This document shows, one piece after another, positions 52,178-63,099 of a DNA stretch of 64,000 nucleotides; the first letter of the stretch is position 1; each line of letters begins with the position of its first letter. The position numbers and the translations under genes are program-made. The stretch covers positions 8,230-72,229 of the forward strand of contig CAIMWO010000077.1 of assembly GCA_903845195.1 (NCBI GenBank), written 5' to 3'. This DNA is from an uncultured Phycisphaerales bacterium (GTDB taxonomy: Bacteria > Planctomycetota > Phycisphaerae > WQYP01). The notes beneath the pieces are model-generated. The model did no database searches. It was not told the DNA's origin and saw only the letters and a list, made by a program, of their open reading frames with translations.

Positions 52178-55100
52178 TCAGCGTTGCTTCGTGAGGGCGA
52201 GTACGCGCGGCGCCGAGAGAATGCCCATCGGCTGCAGTCGATACTCATACGTCCAGTTCGCCCCTGTCGAGCGCCAGGCATCCGGCCCGTACCATTTCAA
52301 GCGATCGTGGGCGTAATGCACGATTCCAAACGCATTCGCCCGATTCCCGAACAACGTCAGGTCGAACCGCCCGCGACCGCGTGATTTCAAGTCGGCCCGA
52401 TGCGGTGCGAATGCCAGCGATCCACAATCCTTACCATCCAGAGCCGCCCGCAGCGTGGGCCCCTTGAAATTGGATACCTCGACAGCCAGCGGCCCTTTCA
52501 CCTGTGGCAGCGTGCAGTGGTAGGTCACATTCCCGGCGTAGAACGGCAATCCCTGATGTGTGAAATCGCCCCATTCTAGCGCCCGGACCGGCACAACTAG
52601 CCGCGCCCCGCGGCCCATCACGCGTACGCCAAAATCGCCCAGTAAGTAGCACCATTCCAGATTCCGCTTCCGCGTGAAGGGAATCGACAGGATCAGCTCA
52701 TGCTCGCCCGCCGCCATGTCGGGCAGTAAAACGGTCTTGATCGACTCGTCCGTGAAGTACCCCGCCACCTTCGATTTTACCTTGGACCCATCCAGAAAAA
52801 TCTCTGTGGTTTCCGCATCCTCCAGCGCCAGCCGCGGCGATGCCACCGCCACATCCGAGGAAATCCGGAATCGCAGTTCCACCTTGCCCAATACCGGATC
52901 CTTCTTGCGATCCACCCACGGCTGCGCCACGTGCCCTTCGCGCGGCGGCAATCCGAAGACGTGCCGTACCGCGTTGTGCGCCCGCAATAGCTCTTCCTGC
53001 GGCGACCATGCTCCGCCATTGACCCGCCACTCGGCCTGATCCAGCAGCAAGACATTCGGTTCCGACAGCGTCACGGGCACCGGTCCTGTTAGCCGCGCGA
53101 TCTCGGTCCGCGCCGGTTCCAGAAGGCTGGCACCGGTCTTGCGTTGGCCGGGCTGCAATTCCAGCAGCAGGCTCCCGTGTGCCGGGCAGTCCCAAGGGAT
53201 GATGGTGCATCCGCGCTCATATTTTGCGGCCACGTTTTCCCGATTTCCCGTAAGCGTGTCCAGCCGCGATGCCTGCCAATCGCCTTGGAGTTCGATTCGC
53301 GAGCCGAGTCGCGGCCGCTGCTGATCCGTATTGCAGACAAACAAATAGCGCGTCCGTCCATCTTCGCGCAACTGGTGCAAGAACGGCTGACTCGGCCCGA
53401 GGTCCTCACCCCAACGCCCGGCGATTCCGGTGCGAATCCGCACTTCGCGCACGGATTCGAGTGCACTGACAATGTCGGCTCGCGAATATTCGATATGCCG
53501 CGCTCGAGCCGCCAACCGCACGGCACGATCCGAAGCGACCGCGTCTACCAGCTCCGGAATACGCCCTGCAAATATCACGTTCCCACCGGCATTCACGAAG
53601 TCTTCCAGTCTGTCCAGCGTGGTTCCACGAATGGTCCGCAATCCCGGCACAACGACCACATCGTAGGCCATCTCCCCTACCTGGAATTTCGCCGCATCGC
53701 GCCTGTTCGCGGCTTTTTGTCCCGGCAACAGGCTCTCGCCCACGTAGTCAAAATCAATGCCCTCAAACAACAGCCACTTCGCCAACTCCTGGAATCCGGA
53801 CTCCAATTGCTCCCGTTCCAGTTCCGCATTGCGGCCGGCCCCGAACGCCAGCCAGTAGCTTTCCACGGGATGAATGACCGCGACGTGGACAACGGGGCGT
53901 CCGCGCGTCAGCGCCGTGTTCAGCCGCGAGAAATGATTCTCGACGACCGAGTATTCCGCATACCAAGGGGACTGATACGAAATGGCCGCGGGGTAATCGC
54001 GCTTGGCCTCGCCCGCCATGCTCACCCACGCCAGGTGCGGCACGCGTACCGTCACACCTAATGCGGCCTGCCAGTCGCCCTGGCGTTTGTGACCGGCAAA
54101 ATCAAAGTGCCAACCCGTTACGCCATATAACTCGCTCATCACGCCGGGACACCCGAATTGCCGCGCTGCGGATTGGGCCTGCTTGGCGGTCGTCAGTTCG
54201 ATGGCATCGCACAGCATGTCGATGCCGGGAATGTCGAACGCGCGGTAGCTCCGCATCGCCTCGCCCAGCGCGCTGGTTTGCGACCAGAGTGTCGGCTCTT
54301 CCATCATGTGGCCGGTGAGGGCGATCTTATTTTTGCGACACCAGCTTCCCAGCGTGTCGGCAAAGGCCGCCGAAAATCGTTCGGCCACATGATCGTGATA
54401 CGCATAACGCTCGCGGCTGGGTGCATCGGCGGGGAGTGCCCAGACCACCTCCGGCAGCGCGTCGAGCAGATCCATCCCATACGCGGCGGCAAACGTTTCG
54501 GGCAAATCGGTGGTGAACGGCAGAATGACATCCGTTTGTTCGAATGCGTCCCACAGCATGCGCTTGTGGGAGAACTGCGGCTCGTCGGTGAAGATCGCGG
54601 GAACAGATTTCCCGAATTCCTTGCCCACCGCCTTTTTGTAGACCTCGTGGGTGACTTCGATGAAGCGTTCAATCGCAGCGCGGTTCAGCGTGTCGATATA
54701 CGTCAGATTGTTGAACCACGCAGTGGGCTCCGCAGTCTCCAGGTACGCATACCACACGGTGGCCCGTGACGACGCCTTCTCCGCATCCTTGAGCCGCCGA
54801 TAGGAGGCCAGACTCCCATCCACCCCCAACTGCACCGCGTACCTTGCCAGCAGCGTACCGTTTTCGCTACGTCCGGCATGCGCCCCGGCATATCTGATGA
54901 TTTCTGCCTTCCCGCCCTTGGAGTACGGCCGCATCGTAAAGGTCAGGTGCCGGGCGCGAAACCGCGGCTCCTTCGTCACCAGGCCGCCGGCGAATCCGCT
55001 CGGCCAGCGATCTTCATCGTAGAGCCACGTCAGCATCCCGTGCTTCTTGGCGTGGGCCGCGCAGGCGCGGACGATGTTCATGAATTCTTTGCCGAGATAG

Positions 55101-55303
55101 GGCGTGTCCAATCCGGAGCGGCAGTGAATGTGCGCTCCGCCAAACCCCATTTCTCTGAAATGACCCAATTGCCGGAGCAACTGCGGCAAATCGAGCTTGC
55201 AGTTCCAACTCCAGAACGGCGTCCCGCGGTATTCGGCGGTCGGATTCCTGAACAGACTCATCGGGAGAGATTTGGCTCGATTTCGCGGATACAGCCCCAT
55301 CAT
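52178..55303 (-). CDS. Large (1041-aa) putative glycoside hydrolase with a TIM-barrel N-terminal domain. Family not assigned.
   Basis: N-terminal RGTPFWSWN...GFGGAHIHCRSGL...WLYDEDRWPSGF resembles glycosidase catalytic modules; the downstream regions look like beta-sandwich domains. No signal peptide is evident at the track start. Confidence 0.45.
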   Translation of the reverse strand: MMGLYPRNRAKSLPMSLFRNPTAEYRGTPFWSWNCKLDLPQLLRQLGHFREMGFGGAHIHCRSGLDTPYLGKEFMNIVRACAAHAKKHGMLTWLYDEDRWPSGFAGGLVTKEPRFRARHLTFTMRPYSKGGKAEIIRYAGAHAGRSENGTLLARYAVQLGVDGSLASYRRLKDAEKASSRATVWYAYLETAEPTAWFNNLTYIDTLNRAAIERFIEVTHEVYKKAVGKEFGKSVPAIFTDEPQFSHKRMLWDAFEQTDVILPFTTDLPETFAAAYGMDLLDALPEVVWALPADAPSRERYAYHDHVAERFSAAFADTLGSWCRKNKIALTGHMMEEPTLWSQTSALGEAMRSYRAFDIPGIDMLCDAIELTTAKQAQSAARQFGCPGVMSELYGVTGWHFDFAGHKRQGDWQAALGVTVRVPHLAWVSMAGEAKRDYPAAISYQSPWYAEYSVVENHFSRLNTALTRGRPVVHVAVIHPVESYWLAFGAGRNAELEREQLESGFQELAKWLLFEGIDFDYVGESLLPGQKAANRRDAAKFQVGEMAYDVVVVPGLRTIRGTTLDRLEDFVNAGGNVIFAGRIPELVDAVASDRAVRLAARARHIEYSRADIVSALESVREVRIRTGIAGRWGEDLGPSQPFLHQLREDGRTRYLFVCNTDQQRPRLGSRIELQGDWQASRLDTLTGNRENVAAKYERGCTIIPWDCPAHGSLLLELQPGQRKTGASLLEPARTEIARLTGPVPVTLSEPNVLLLDQAEWRVNGGAWSPQEELLRAHNAVRHVFGLPPREGHVAQPWVDRKKDPVLGKVELRFRISSDVAVASPRLALEDAETTEIFLDGSKVKSKVAGYFTDESIKTVLLPDMAAGEHELILSIPFTRKRNLEWCYLLGDFGVRVMGRGARLVVPVRALEWGDFTHQGLPFYAGNVTYHCTLPQVKGPLAVEVSNFKGPTLRAALDGKDCGSLAFAPHRADLKSRGRGRFDLTLFGNRANAFGIVHYAHDRLKWYGPDAWRSTGANWTYEYRLQPMGILSAPRVLALTKQR

Positions 55304-55401
55304 ACTTCTCCTGCATCAAGGATCTGCCGGTCTTATATGCCGGTTGCCAATTCATCGCTCAATATTCAATATATGGACTGCTTCACCCGCCCACACGCAC
55401 T

Positions 55402-55812
55402 CTAGATCTCCCCGCCCCATTCCGGCGGCAACAGCAGCACTGGAATCTTTGTTCCCCGCACCACTTCCTGGGCGACGTTGCCCTCGATCAGCCGCGTCAG
55501 CATCCCCTTGCTCGACAGCCCCAGCATGATCATGACCACCTTGTGTTCTTCGGCGGTCTTGAGGATGGCTTGGCCGACATCATCGCTGAAGAGGAGGAGG
55601 GTTTCGACTTTGGTTTGTTTGTCGCGCATTTGAGAGGCGATTTTTTCGAGCACGCGTTCGCCGGGCAACGGCTCGCCGCCGCCGGACTCCGCACCATAGA
55701 CGACGTGGGTGACGAGGATCTGATGCCCGAGGCGTTGCACGAAGCTCGCTATGGCATCGATGCGCGCATCCGGCACCCATCGATCCGACACCGAGAGGAG
55801 AATTTTGCTCAT
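55402..55812 (-). CDS. Universal stress protein family (UspA)
   Basis: 136 aa. ILLSVSD...VTHVV...G..KIPVLLLP matches the UspA alpha/beta pattern. AAGGA SD. Confidence 0.75.
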   Translation of the reverse strand: MSKILLSVSDRWVPDARIDAIASFVQRLGHQILVTHVVYGAESGGGEPLPGERVLEKIASQMRDKQTKVETLLLFSDDVGQAILKTAEEHKVVMIMLGLSSKGMLTRLIEGNVAQEVVRGTKIPVLLLPPEWGGEI

Positions 55813-55883
55813 GATGCAATTCCTTAAATGCCTTTACCCGTGAGGGGCATTGTAACCGTGCCTGTGAATTCGGTCACGCATTT

Positions 55884-58376
55884 CTACAACATGCTCATGG
55901 GGTCCACATCCACCGATAGGCTGATCGTGCCGGAATGCAGCACGCCGCTGGTGCGTAATGACCGGAGCAGTTGCTGCAATGGGGCGGCGGTTTCGGCGAT
56001 GAGGAGCATTTCCACGCGGTACTCTTCCTGCAGGCGTTCCATCGGCGGAGGGACGGGGCCGACGACTTTGACTGGGGCTTTGAGGCGGGCGATGCAATCG
56101 TCGACGACGGTGCGGATGCGCTGGGCTTCGGTGTGCAGTTTGGTGTAACCCTTGTGGGCCATGAGGATGCGGACGATGCGGCCATAGGGTGGGAAACCGC
56201 ACTCTTTGCGATGGGGCAATTCGCTGGCGACGAAGCCGAGGTAATCGTGATTGCAGGCGTGGAGGATGGCGGGTTCTTGGGGCTGGAAGGTCTGGACGAC
56301 GACGGTGCCGCGCTCGCCGGTGCTTCCGGCCCCCCCACCGGCTCCCCCACCGACGCTGCGGCCGCTACGGCCGGCGACCTGGCAGATGAGTTGAAAGGTG
56401 CGTTCGGCGGCGCGGAAGTCGGGCATGGACATGGCGAGGTCGCTGTTGAGCACACCGACGAGTTGGACGTTGGGGAAGTCGAGGCCCTTGGCGATCATCT
56501 GCGTACCGACGAGGAGATCGATTTCGCCGAGGCCGAAGGCGTCGAGGGTTTCCTGGTAGTCTTCGACTTTGCCCATGGTGTCGGAATCCATGCGGGCGAT
56601 GCGCATGGTGGGGAATTTGCGGGCCAGTTCATCTTCGGCTCGCTGAGTGCCTTGGCCGAGGTGCGTGAGCTTCGCCTGGCAGCTCGGGCAGCGGGCGGGA
56701 AGCATCATGGAGGTGAGGCAGTAGTGGCATTTCACCTGGCCGTAGCGCTGGGCGAAATCGCCATGGGATCCGCTGGCATCTTTGGCTGTCTCGGCGCTAC
56801 GGTGGACGACCATGGTGGCGTCGCAGTTTTCGCACATGAAGACCCATTGGCAGCGCGGGCACATGATGTAATGGGCGTAGCCACGGCGATTGAGGAGGAA
56901 GATCGCCTGTTTGCCTTTTTCGAGCGTCTGTTTGAGATGATGTTCGAGGACGGTGGAGAGGATGTGCAGTCCGCGGCGTTCGTGGGATTGCTGTTTCATA
57001 TCGACGACGACGACGCGGGGCATCTGCGTGCCGAGGGGGCGGGATTTGAGGGTGAGGAGTCCCCAGTGCGGGTTGCCGCCGTGGGCGTTGTGCCAGCTTT
57101 CGAGTGCGGGGGTGGCGGAGCCGAGGAGGACGGGTATTCCGAGCATCTGGGCGCGGCGGATGGCGACATCACGGCCGTGGTATTTCGGGGCGCTGTCCTG
57201 CTTGTAGGAGTGGTCGTGTTCTTCATCGACGACGATCAGGCCGATGTCGGCGGCGGGGGCGAAGATGGCGGAACGAGCGCCGACGACGACCTGGGCCCAG
57301 CCTTCGGCGATGGCTCGCCAGTGCTGATGGCGTTCGGATTCTTTGAGGCCGGAATGAAGCACGGCGACGCGCTGGAAACGCAGCATGAAACGTTTGACGG
57401 TTTGGGGTGTGAGGGAAATTTCCGGCACGAGGACGATGGCGCGTTTGCCCTGGGCGACGACTTGTTCGATGGCGCGGATGTAGAGTTCGGTTTTGCCGGA
57501 GCCGGTGACGCCGTAGATGAGGCGCACGGCGAAGCCGCCGCGGGCGAGCAAGGCGCTGATGTCGTTCATGGCGCGTTGCTGATCGGCGCCGAGGGTGAGG
57601 GCGGGCGGGCCATTGCCGGTGGCTTCGGCACCGGTGATCAGGGGCATCTGGAGTTGTTTGCGCGGGATGACGAGTTGGAGATCGATGAATTTTCGCATCA
57701 TGGAGCGCGTGATGCGGGCGGCGGCCATCACTTGAAGTTCCGTCTGTTCGCCGGAGGCGAGTGCGGCATGAACAGCTGCGAAGGCTTTCCGGGCGCGCGG
57801 GGAGAGTTTGACAGTGGCGGTCGATTCTTCGACGGATTGGCCGGGGTGGGCAAGGGAAACCATGGCATTGGTCGGTGTGCGGACGGCACGTTTCACGGCG
57901 GCGGGAACCATGCCTGCGAGGACCAGGCCGATCGGGCAGCAGTAGTAGTTACTGATCCAGCGGGCCAGGTCGAGGAGATCGGCGGGGACGGGGGGGACGT
58001 TTCTCATGACATCGTGGATCGGCTTGAGTCCGGCGGGGCCGTTGCTGGGTGACTGGCGAAACGGCATCTCTGCAGTCTCGAAAAGCATTGCCTCCTCGGT
58101 AGCGGACCGGGCCAGCGGAGCGGGTTTGCGTTTAGTGATAAATTGCGGGGGATCGGCGGAGAGGGAGAGAATGGTAGCTGCGGTCAGGCGGTTGCCGCCA
58201 CCGAGGGGGACCATCACGCGCGAGCCGCGATGCACTTCATGGCGCATATCAGGCGGGATGCGATAGGTATATTCGGCGTCGACCGGTTCGTCGACCGCGA
58301 CCGTTGCGTAGAGGGCGGTCGAGGTTTCCGAGATATTGTCTGAGACAGGAGAAGTCATGCGCAGGCGTTGTACCAT
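55884..58376 (-). CDS. priA: Primosomal protein N' (replication restart helicase PriA)
   Basis: Walker A GVTGSGKTE; DEEHD helicase motif; Cys-rich Zn-binding insert CPRCQWVFMCENC...CHYC...CPSCQ; 830 aa. Confidence 0.9.
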   Translation of the reverse strand: MVQRLRMTSPVSDNISETSTALYATVAVDEPVDAEYTYRIPPDMRHEVHRGSRVMVPLGGGNRLTAATILSLSADPPQFITKRKPAPLARSATEEAMLFETAEMPFRQSPSNGPAGLKPIHDVMRNVPPVPADLLDLARWISNYYCCPIGLVLAGMVPAAVKRAVRTPTNAMVSLAHPGQSVEESTATVKLSPRARKAFAAVHAALASGEQTELQVMAAARITRSMMRKFIDLQLVIPRKQLQMPLITGAEATGNGPPALTLGADQQRAMNDISALLARGGFAVRLIYGVTGSGKTELYIRAIEQVVAQGKRAIVLVPEISLTPQTVKRFMLRFQRVAVLHSGLKESERHQHWRAIAEGWAQVVVGARSAIFAPAADIGLIVVDEEHDHSYKQDSAPKYHGRDVAIRRAQMLGIPVLLGSATPALESWHNAHGGNPHWGLLTLKSRPLGTQMPRVVVVDMKQQSHERRGLHILSTVLEHHLKQTLEKGKQAIFLLNRRGYAHYIMCPRCQWVFMCENCDATMVVHRSAETAKDASGSHGDFAQRYGQVKCHYCLTSMMLPARCPSCQAKLTHLGQGTQRAEDELARKFPTMRIARMDSDTMGKVEDYQETLDAFGLGEIDLLVGTQMIAKGLDFPNVQLVGVLNSDLAMSMPDFRAAERTFQLICQVAGRSGRSVGGGAGGGAGSTGERGTVVVQTFQPQEPAILHACNHDYLGFVASELPHRKECGFPPYGRIVRILMAHKGYTKLHTEAQRIRTVVDDCIARLKAPVKVVGPVPPPMERLQEEYRVEMLLIAETAAPLQQLLRSLRTSGVLHSGTISLSVDVDPMSML

Positions 58377-58453
58377 CGGCCCGGGTTTGTGCCAAATGAA
58401 GCGATTGAGGGAGAGGGATGGGGCAATGGGGGAGAGTATTCGGATTCATTATT

Positions 58454-59419
58454 TCATTTGGCGCCATCGAACTGCCAGAGGATGACCGAGGGGAGCGGAT
58501 CGGGCAGGGGGAATTCCTTGTCGCCAGCGTAGGCTTTGCGAGTTTTGTCCACGGTTCGAAAGCCCAGCGGCTGGCCTTTTTTTAGTGTGACTGTTGCCAC
58601 CGTATTGGAGATCGACTTCATGTCACCACTCTTCAAACTATAATTGCCATCTTCGGGGGCGTTGACGGGATTGGTGAAAGTTGAGAAGACCAGCCACGCT
58701 GACAGGCTTCCCTTTCCGGCGGCATATTTCTGAAGGATTACCCAGTCCAAGTCCCGGTTTTGTTCGGCAGTGAGTGCGGCGCGAACCTGCTTGCGAGCGG
58801 CGACGGCCAAGTCGTTGAATTGGGACATTGCATTTCGTTTTTCCGCATCGCTTGTTACCGGGTCGTTGGCGATTTTCAGCTCAGCAGTAAGCTTCGTCTG
58901 AAGGTTGTTCACAATTGCTTTCGTCTGAGTACGGTGGTTTTCATCCATGGATACGGCATCCAACGCTTCAAGGTAGATGTCCGGTTTGCCGTGCGGCCAG
59001 GCGGTGCTTTGCAACAATGCGGTTTCGGTCATTGTAATTTGGGTGGCGCGCAAAGATATCCAGTAGAGATCCATTCGATCCTGGACGAATTTGCACGCTG
59101 GTTTCATCAGAAGTTCAACCTGCGCATAGGCGGGCATCCAATCGTGTTGGTCTTTGATTCCATCGAGAATTTTTTGAATCCCTGCGTCGAATTCCTTCCG
59201 CATGGCGAAAAGCTTTTCCTTGTCGACATCACTGACGCCGGGATAGGCCAGCACGGAATCGATCATTTGATGAATTGATTCGCTCATGCCGGTGACGAGC
59301 TTGTTCGCTTGAATTGTTGGTGAAGCAGTCTGGGCGGGTTCAGTTTGGCCTGCGGCGGGCCAGTTGATGCAAAGCACAAGGGCAATGACCGTCAGCGCGA
59401 TGGCACAATGAGTCTTCAT
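58454..59419 (-). CDS. Hypothetical secreted alpha-helical protein
   Basis: Signal peptide MKTHCAIALTVIALVLCINWPAAGQ from ATG 59419. The track ORF's 5' extension overlaps the next gene in another frame. Confidence 0.55.
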   Translation of the reverse strand: MKTHCAIALTVIALVLCINWPAAGQTEPAQTASPTIQANKLVTGMSESIHQMIDSVLAYPGVSDVDKEKLFAMRKEFDAGIQKILDGIKDQHDWMPAYAQVELLMKPACKFVQDRMDLYWISLRATQITMTETALLQSTAWPHGKPDIYLEALDAVSMDENHRTQTKAIVNNLQTKLTAELKIANDPVTSDAEKRNAMSQFNDLAVAARKQVRAALTAEQNRDLDWVILQKYAAGKGSLSAWLVFSTFTNPVNAPEDGNYSLKSGDMKSISNTVATVTLKKGQPLGFRTVDKTRKAYAGDKEFPLPDPLPSVILWQFDGAK

Positions 59420-59444
59420 GTGAGTGGCTCCAGAAAGTGCGGAT

Positions 59445-60281
59445 CTACTTTGGGACGCTGCCGGCGAGGCCGCGTTTGGGATCGGGTTTTTCGGGGAGGG
59501 TGAAGTCGAGGTGGGCTTCGCCGGAGGAGGGATCGATCTCGATTCCCCCGATCTGGGGAACGAACTGCCAGTTTTTGGGAAGGGCATCGCCTTTACTGCG
59601 CCAGCGGGCCATGACTTTTTCGGTGTTCTTGTCTTTTGCCCAGCCGCCGAAGAGGTTTTCGAAGTACCAGAGTTCGGTGCGGTAGATGACTTCGCCGCCT
59701 TTGTCGGCGTAGAAGTCGCGGGTGCGGATGAGTTCGACGAGCACGGTGGCGTGCTTGTGATCGGCAGCGATCCAGAGCACGCGGCATTTGTCGTAGAACT
59801 CGGGAATCTTGGCGACCCAGTCTTCGATCCACTGGCGATCCTCGGCGGTCGCGGGTTTGTCGGGAGTGATTTCGCGGTGGTAGTCCATGGAGACGCCTTC
59901 CCAGCGCGTGGTTTCGACGGCGGCGTTTTTAGTCCAGACGATGAGGTCATAGGTGCGGCCGGGGAGGAGTTTGGGGATGAGGAACGCGCCGGTTTGGGGA
60001 TCGAACTGGGCTTCGTAGACGAAATCATCGCGGCAGTCGGACTTGCTGGTCTTGAGGACATCGGCCCATTGGCGATCGACGGCGACGATGCGTGTGAGGG
60101 TGTCCTTGGTTTTGATGTTGCCTTGGATCTGGCTCGCCGTGGCTTTGGCGGTGGCGGCAGGTTGGGAGGCAGGAATTGTGGAGGGAGATTCCCCCTGGCC
60201 GCTGAGGCACAGCGCGCCGAGGGCCAGCAGGAGCATTCCGCAGGTTCGGACGAGGTGATTGGAACGTCCAGCGGATTTCAT
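59445..60281 (-). CDS. Hypothetical secreted protein
   Basis: Signal peptide MKSAGRSNHLVRTCGMLLLALGALCLSGQG from ATG 60281. Trp/Asp-rich mature region with no recognised domain. Confidence 0.55.
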   Translation of the reverse strand: MKSAGRSNHLVRTCGMLLLALGALCLSGQGESPSTIPASQPAATAKATASQIQGNIKTKDTLTRIVAVDRQWADVLKTSKSDCRDDFVYEAQFDPQTGAFLIPKLLPGRTYDLIVWTKNAAVETTRWEGVSMDYHREITPDKPATAEDRQWIEDWVAKIPEFYDKCRVLWIAADHKHATVLVELIRTRDFYADKGGEVIYRTELWYFENLFGGWAKDKNTEKVMARWRSKGDALPKNWQFVPQIGGIEIDPSSGEAHLDFTLPEKPDPKRGLAGSVPK

Positions 60282-60399
60282 GGAGGGGTCCTTGGAAAGT
60301 GCAACTGCACTGTTGGAAAGTGTAGGCCGAGGTGATCGTCGCCACAACAGGAGGTCGGCTGCCGTTGCGGGTGGCGGCGAACGGCTCGATAATCCGGGC

Positions 60400-60792
60400 A
60401 TGAGTAAGGAACGCCGATCTTTTCTGACTTCGCGGGCTCATTCGTTTGGGTATGCGTTTCGTGGATTGTGGACACTGCTACGAACGCAGCGGAACGCGTG
60501 GATTCATGCGGCAGCAACGGTTCTTGCGGTTGTGGCGGGATTCGTGGTGCATCTGGGCGCCAGCGACTGGTGCTGGCTCATCGCGGCGATCGCACTGGTA
60601 TGGATCGCGGAGGGGCTGAACACGGCGGTGGAGTTTGTCTGCGACGCATTGCATCCGGAGCGGCATCCGTTGATTCGGAATGCGAAGGACATCGGCGCGG
60701 CGGCGGTGCTGCTGGCGGCGCTGGCGGCGGCCGCCATCGGCGCGATCGTGTTCTGGCCGCACATCTCAGGGGGAATCATCCATCAAGGGTAG
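60400..60792 (+). CDS. dgkA: Diacylglycerol/undecaprenol kinase (prokaryotic DgkA family)
   Basis: SFGYAFRGL..., E.LNTAVE, AKD.GAAAVL motifs; three TM helices; ATG at 60400. Confidence 0.8.
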   Translation: MSKERRSFLTSRAHSFGYAFRGLWTLLRTQRNAWIHAAATVLAVVAGFVVHLGASDWCWLIAAIALVWIAEGLNTAVEFVCDALHPERHPLIRNAKDIGAAAVLLAALAAAAIGAIVFWPHISGGIIHQG

Positions 60793-61879
60793 TGCGTTTG
60801 AGTTCCTCGGCAAAGCGCGGGGGAACACTGGTGATTGAAGGGACGTTCTCGTTCTTGCGAATGCGGTGGATGAGGTCGATGCAGGTGGTGATGATTTCGC
60901 GGGCATCGTAGCCGATGCGTTGGCACAATACGGCACTCGGGGTAGGCCAGGGGAAGTTGCAGTGGGCGATCACTTCGACATCTTCGGGGACGCGCACCTT
61001 GGCGTCGAGCATGCCGATGGAAGCGGGTTCGACGAGATTGTCATCGGAGATGAAGAAGGCATCGGGACGGTCTTCAGGATGGGAGAAGAGGAGGCGCGTG
61101 AGATTGCGCGCGGCAGCGGGGTAGTCCAGGTGTACCTGCTGCATCCACTCAGGCTTGGTGGACAGACCGTGTGCGCGCATCTCCGCCAGCAGCGATTGCT
61201 CGAATTGTTCGGTAAGGCGACCGAAATTGGAGTTACTGAGGAACGCCACGCGCCTGCGGCCGCGGTTGAAAAGGTAACTCATGACCTTATCGGTCATACC
61301 CACGAGATTGACGGCGGGCACGGAGGGCATGGGTTGAGTCATGATGCCGACGCAGGGTATGCCCGGAGCTTCGGTTTGGATCTGATCGATGGTGTTTCGT
61401 ACGGGGGGATTGACGAAGATAAGGCCGGCGACGCGGGAGGCGCGAACATCTTCGATCAGGATACTATGATCTTGATAATCCGAGGGGTAGCTTATTTTGC
61501 GGTAGAAGTGGAAACGCGGATCGAAGCCATTATCGAGTGCGGTGGCTTCATTGAAGATGGCGGTTTCGAAGCGGGTCCAGCCTTGTCCGGCGGCCTGATT
61601 GGCGAAGACCAGGCCGTAGGAGCAGAGGTGCGGGGGCGTGTCGGCGACGAGTGTACCGGCCATGCCGCGGGCGGTGGCAAATCCGTCGGCGATGAGGGTA
61701 TCGAAGATTTTTTGGATGGTTTCGGCGGCGAGGCTGAATTTAGAGCACATTTCGAGACGCGTGGGGAAGCGGTCGCCGGGCTTGAGTTGTCCGGTAATAA
61801 TCTGTTTGCGGAGGTGTGCGAGCACTTTTACCGCTTTTTCGGAGAGCTGGTCTGTGGATTTCTCTTTCTTTTTCGCCAT
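60776..61879 (-). CDS. Hybrid transcriptional regulator: GntR-type wHTH fused to a LacI-type periplasmic-binding-protein-like sugar-binding domain
   Basis: N-terminal HTH LKPGDRFPTRLEMCSKFSLAAETIQKIFDTLIADGF. The C-terminal ~280 aa show the PBP type I pattern (VAFLS...ISDDNL...IAHCNF). Confidence 0.65.
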   Translation of the reverse strand: MAKKKEKSTDQLSEKAVKVLAHLRKQIITGQLKPGDRFPTRLEMCSKFSLAAETIQKIFDTLIADGFATARGMAGTLVADTPPHLCSYGLVFANQAAGQGWTRFETAIFNEATALDNGFDPRFHFYRKISYPSDYQDHSILIEDVRASRVAGLIFVNPPVRNTIDQIQTEAPGIPCVGIMTQPMPSVPAVNLVGMTDKVMSYLFNRGRRRVAFLSNSNFGRLTEQFEQSLLAEMRAHGLSTKPEWMQQVHLDYPAAARNLTRLLFSHPEDRPDAFFISDDNLVEPASIGMLDAKVRVPEDVEVIAHCNFPWPTPSAVLCQRIGYDAREIITTCIDLIHRIRKNENVPSITSVPPRFAEELKRTTLDG

Positions 61880-62291
61880 GGCTTACTTCCTAACAAGATA
61901 TTTTACGTTAATTTAATCAATTCGACAAATGTATAATATTCTAGAATTATTCAAAAAATGTCCTTGCATTCGTTTTTCCCTGTGGTAATCTTTTCATAAG
62001 AGCCCATCAAGGGCTCTGGCCATTCTAAATGCTCCCGCAGACCTGCCAACGGCAGCGTGACGGGGGTTCCCAACGAGAGTAGAGAGAGCGAGCGCACGAG
62101 AGGATCGTAACGGTTTATCTTGCGCGTGTCACTTGCGAATGGATCGGTAGTTCACGATCCGTCCATGAATCTAACCGACGGCAGAACGTGCGGCCAGAGG
62201 CCGTGCGCGCAGCCGCTGCGAATGCTCCGCCACGACAATGGGTCGTGCGGTAAGGTGAAGAAGGCTCTCTTTTTGAAAAGGTGAGAGGATT

Positions 62292-63014
62292 ATGAGTATC
62301 ACGCGGAACTATCTATTGGCGTTGGCAGCGTTGAGTGTGGTCGGAATCGCGGGGGCAGCCCAGGCGGCGGTTATCACCTGGACGAATGGCACCTTCAGCG
62401 ATACGACCATCTTGCCGACCTCCAATGTGGTGTATGCCGTGGACACGGGGGGCAGCGGGGGATCTGCGGCGGGTCTTACTTGGTACTCGCACCAGAAATG
62501 GGATAACAATAATGATAGTGCCGTAGCGGGGTATTGGGCCTGGGAAAGTCGAAATGGCTGGATGAATCGCGACACGGGCGACGCGGGCTTCAATGCCATC
62601 CTCAGCAATTACCTTTTCAATCCCAATGATAGTGGTCCGCAAGCAATCGAGCTTAGGAGTCTTACCATCGGGAAGACGTACGAAGTCTTGCTGCTGAATG
62701 CAACCGATAGCACCTACTTTGGGGCGGCGACATTCCAAGCTGCCGACGGTATTAGCGGAGCGAATCTGGCGGGCGATATCTCCGCCGCCCAGCAGTACGC
62801 CTACCAAACAGGTCCCATCGGCGGGTACTTGAACGGCACGTTCACGGCCGATGCCGTGACGCAGACATTATATGTCAAGGCGAGTTCAGAAGGCGGTGCC
62901 ATTCACGCGTTTGTCGTGTCAGAGGTCGTGGTGCCGATCACTCCGGAACCGGCTTCTCTGGGCTTGCTGGGATTGGGCGGACTGGCGTTGCTGGCGCGTC
63001 GGCGCCGGGCATAA
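62292..63014 (+). CDS. PEP-CTERM domain secreted protein
   Basis: Signal peptide; C-terminal ITPEPASLGLLGLGGLALLARRRRA. Confidence 0.8.
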   Translation: MSITRNYLLALAALSVVGIAGAAQAAVITWTNGTFSDTTILPTSNVVYAVDTGGSGGSAAGLTWYSHQKWDNNNDSAVAGYWAWESRNGWMNRDTGDAGFNAILSNYLFNPNDSGPQAIELRSLTIGKTYEVLLLNATDSTYFGAATFQAADGISGANLAGDISAAQQYAYQTGPIGGYLNGTFTADAVTQTLYVKASSEGGAIHAFVVSEVVVPITPEPASLGLLGLGGLALLARRRRA

Positions 63015-63039
63015 GCGACGAAACGGCATAGCGTATTAT

Positions 63040-63082
63040 CCGCAGCCGCAGCTATCATTGATAGCTGCGGCTGCGGTCTTTT
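63040..63082 (+). terminator. Strong rho-independent terminator
   Basis: ccgcagccgcagctat-cattg-atagctgcggctgcgg, a 16-bp perfect stem, then tctttt. Confidence 0.8.
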
Positions 63083-63099
63083 GATGCGCCAAGTTGTGG

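Noticed and set aside
60043-60792. Track ORF 60259-60792 taken as a 177-aa protein
   Set aside because: The 5' third overlaps the upstream secreted-protein gene on the opposite strand. The DgkA homology and a proper ATG begin at 60400.
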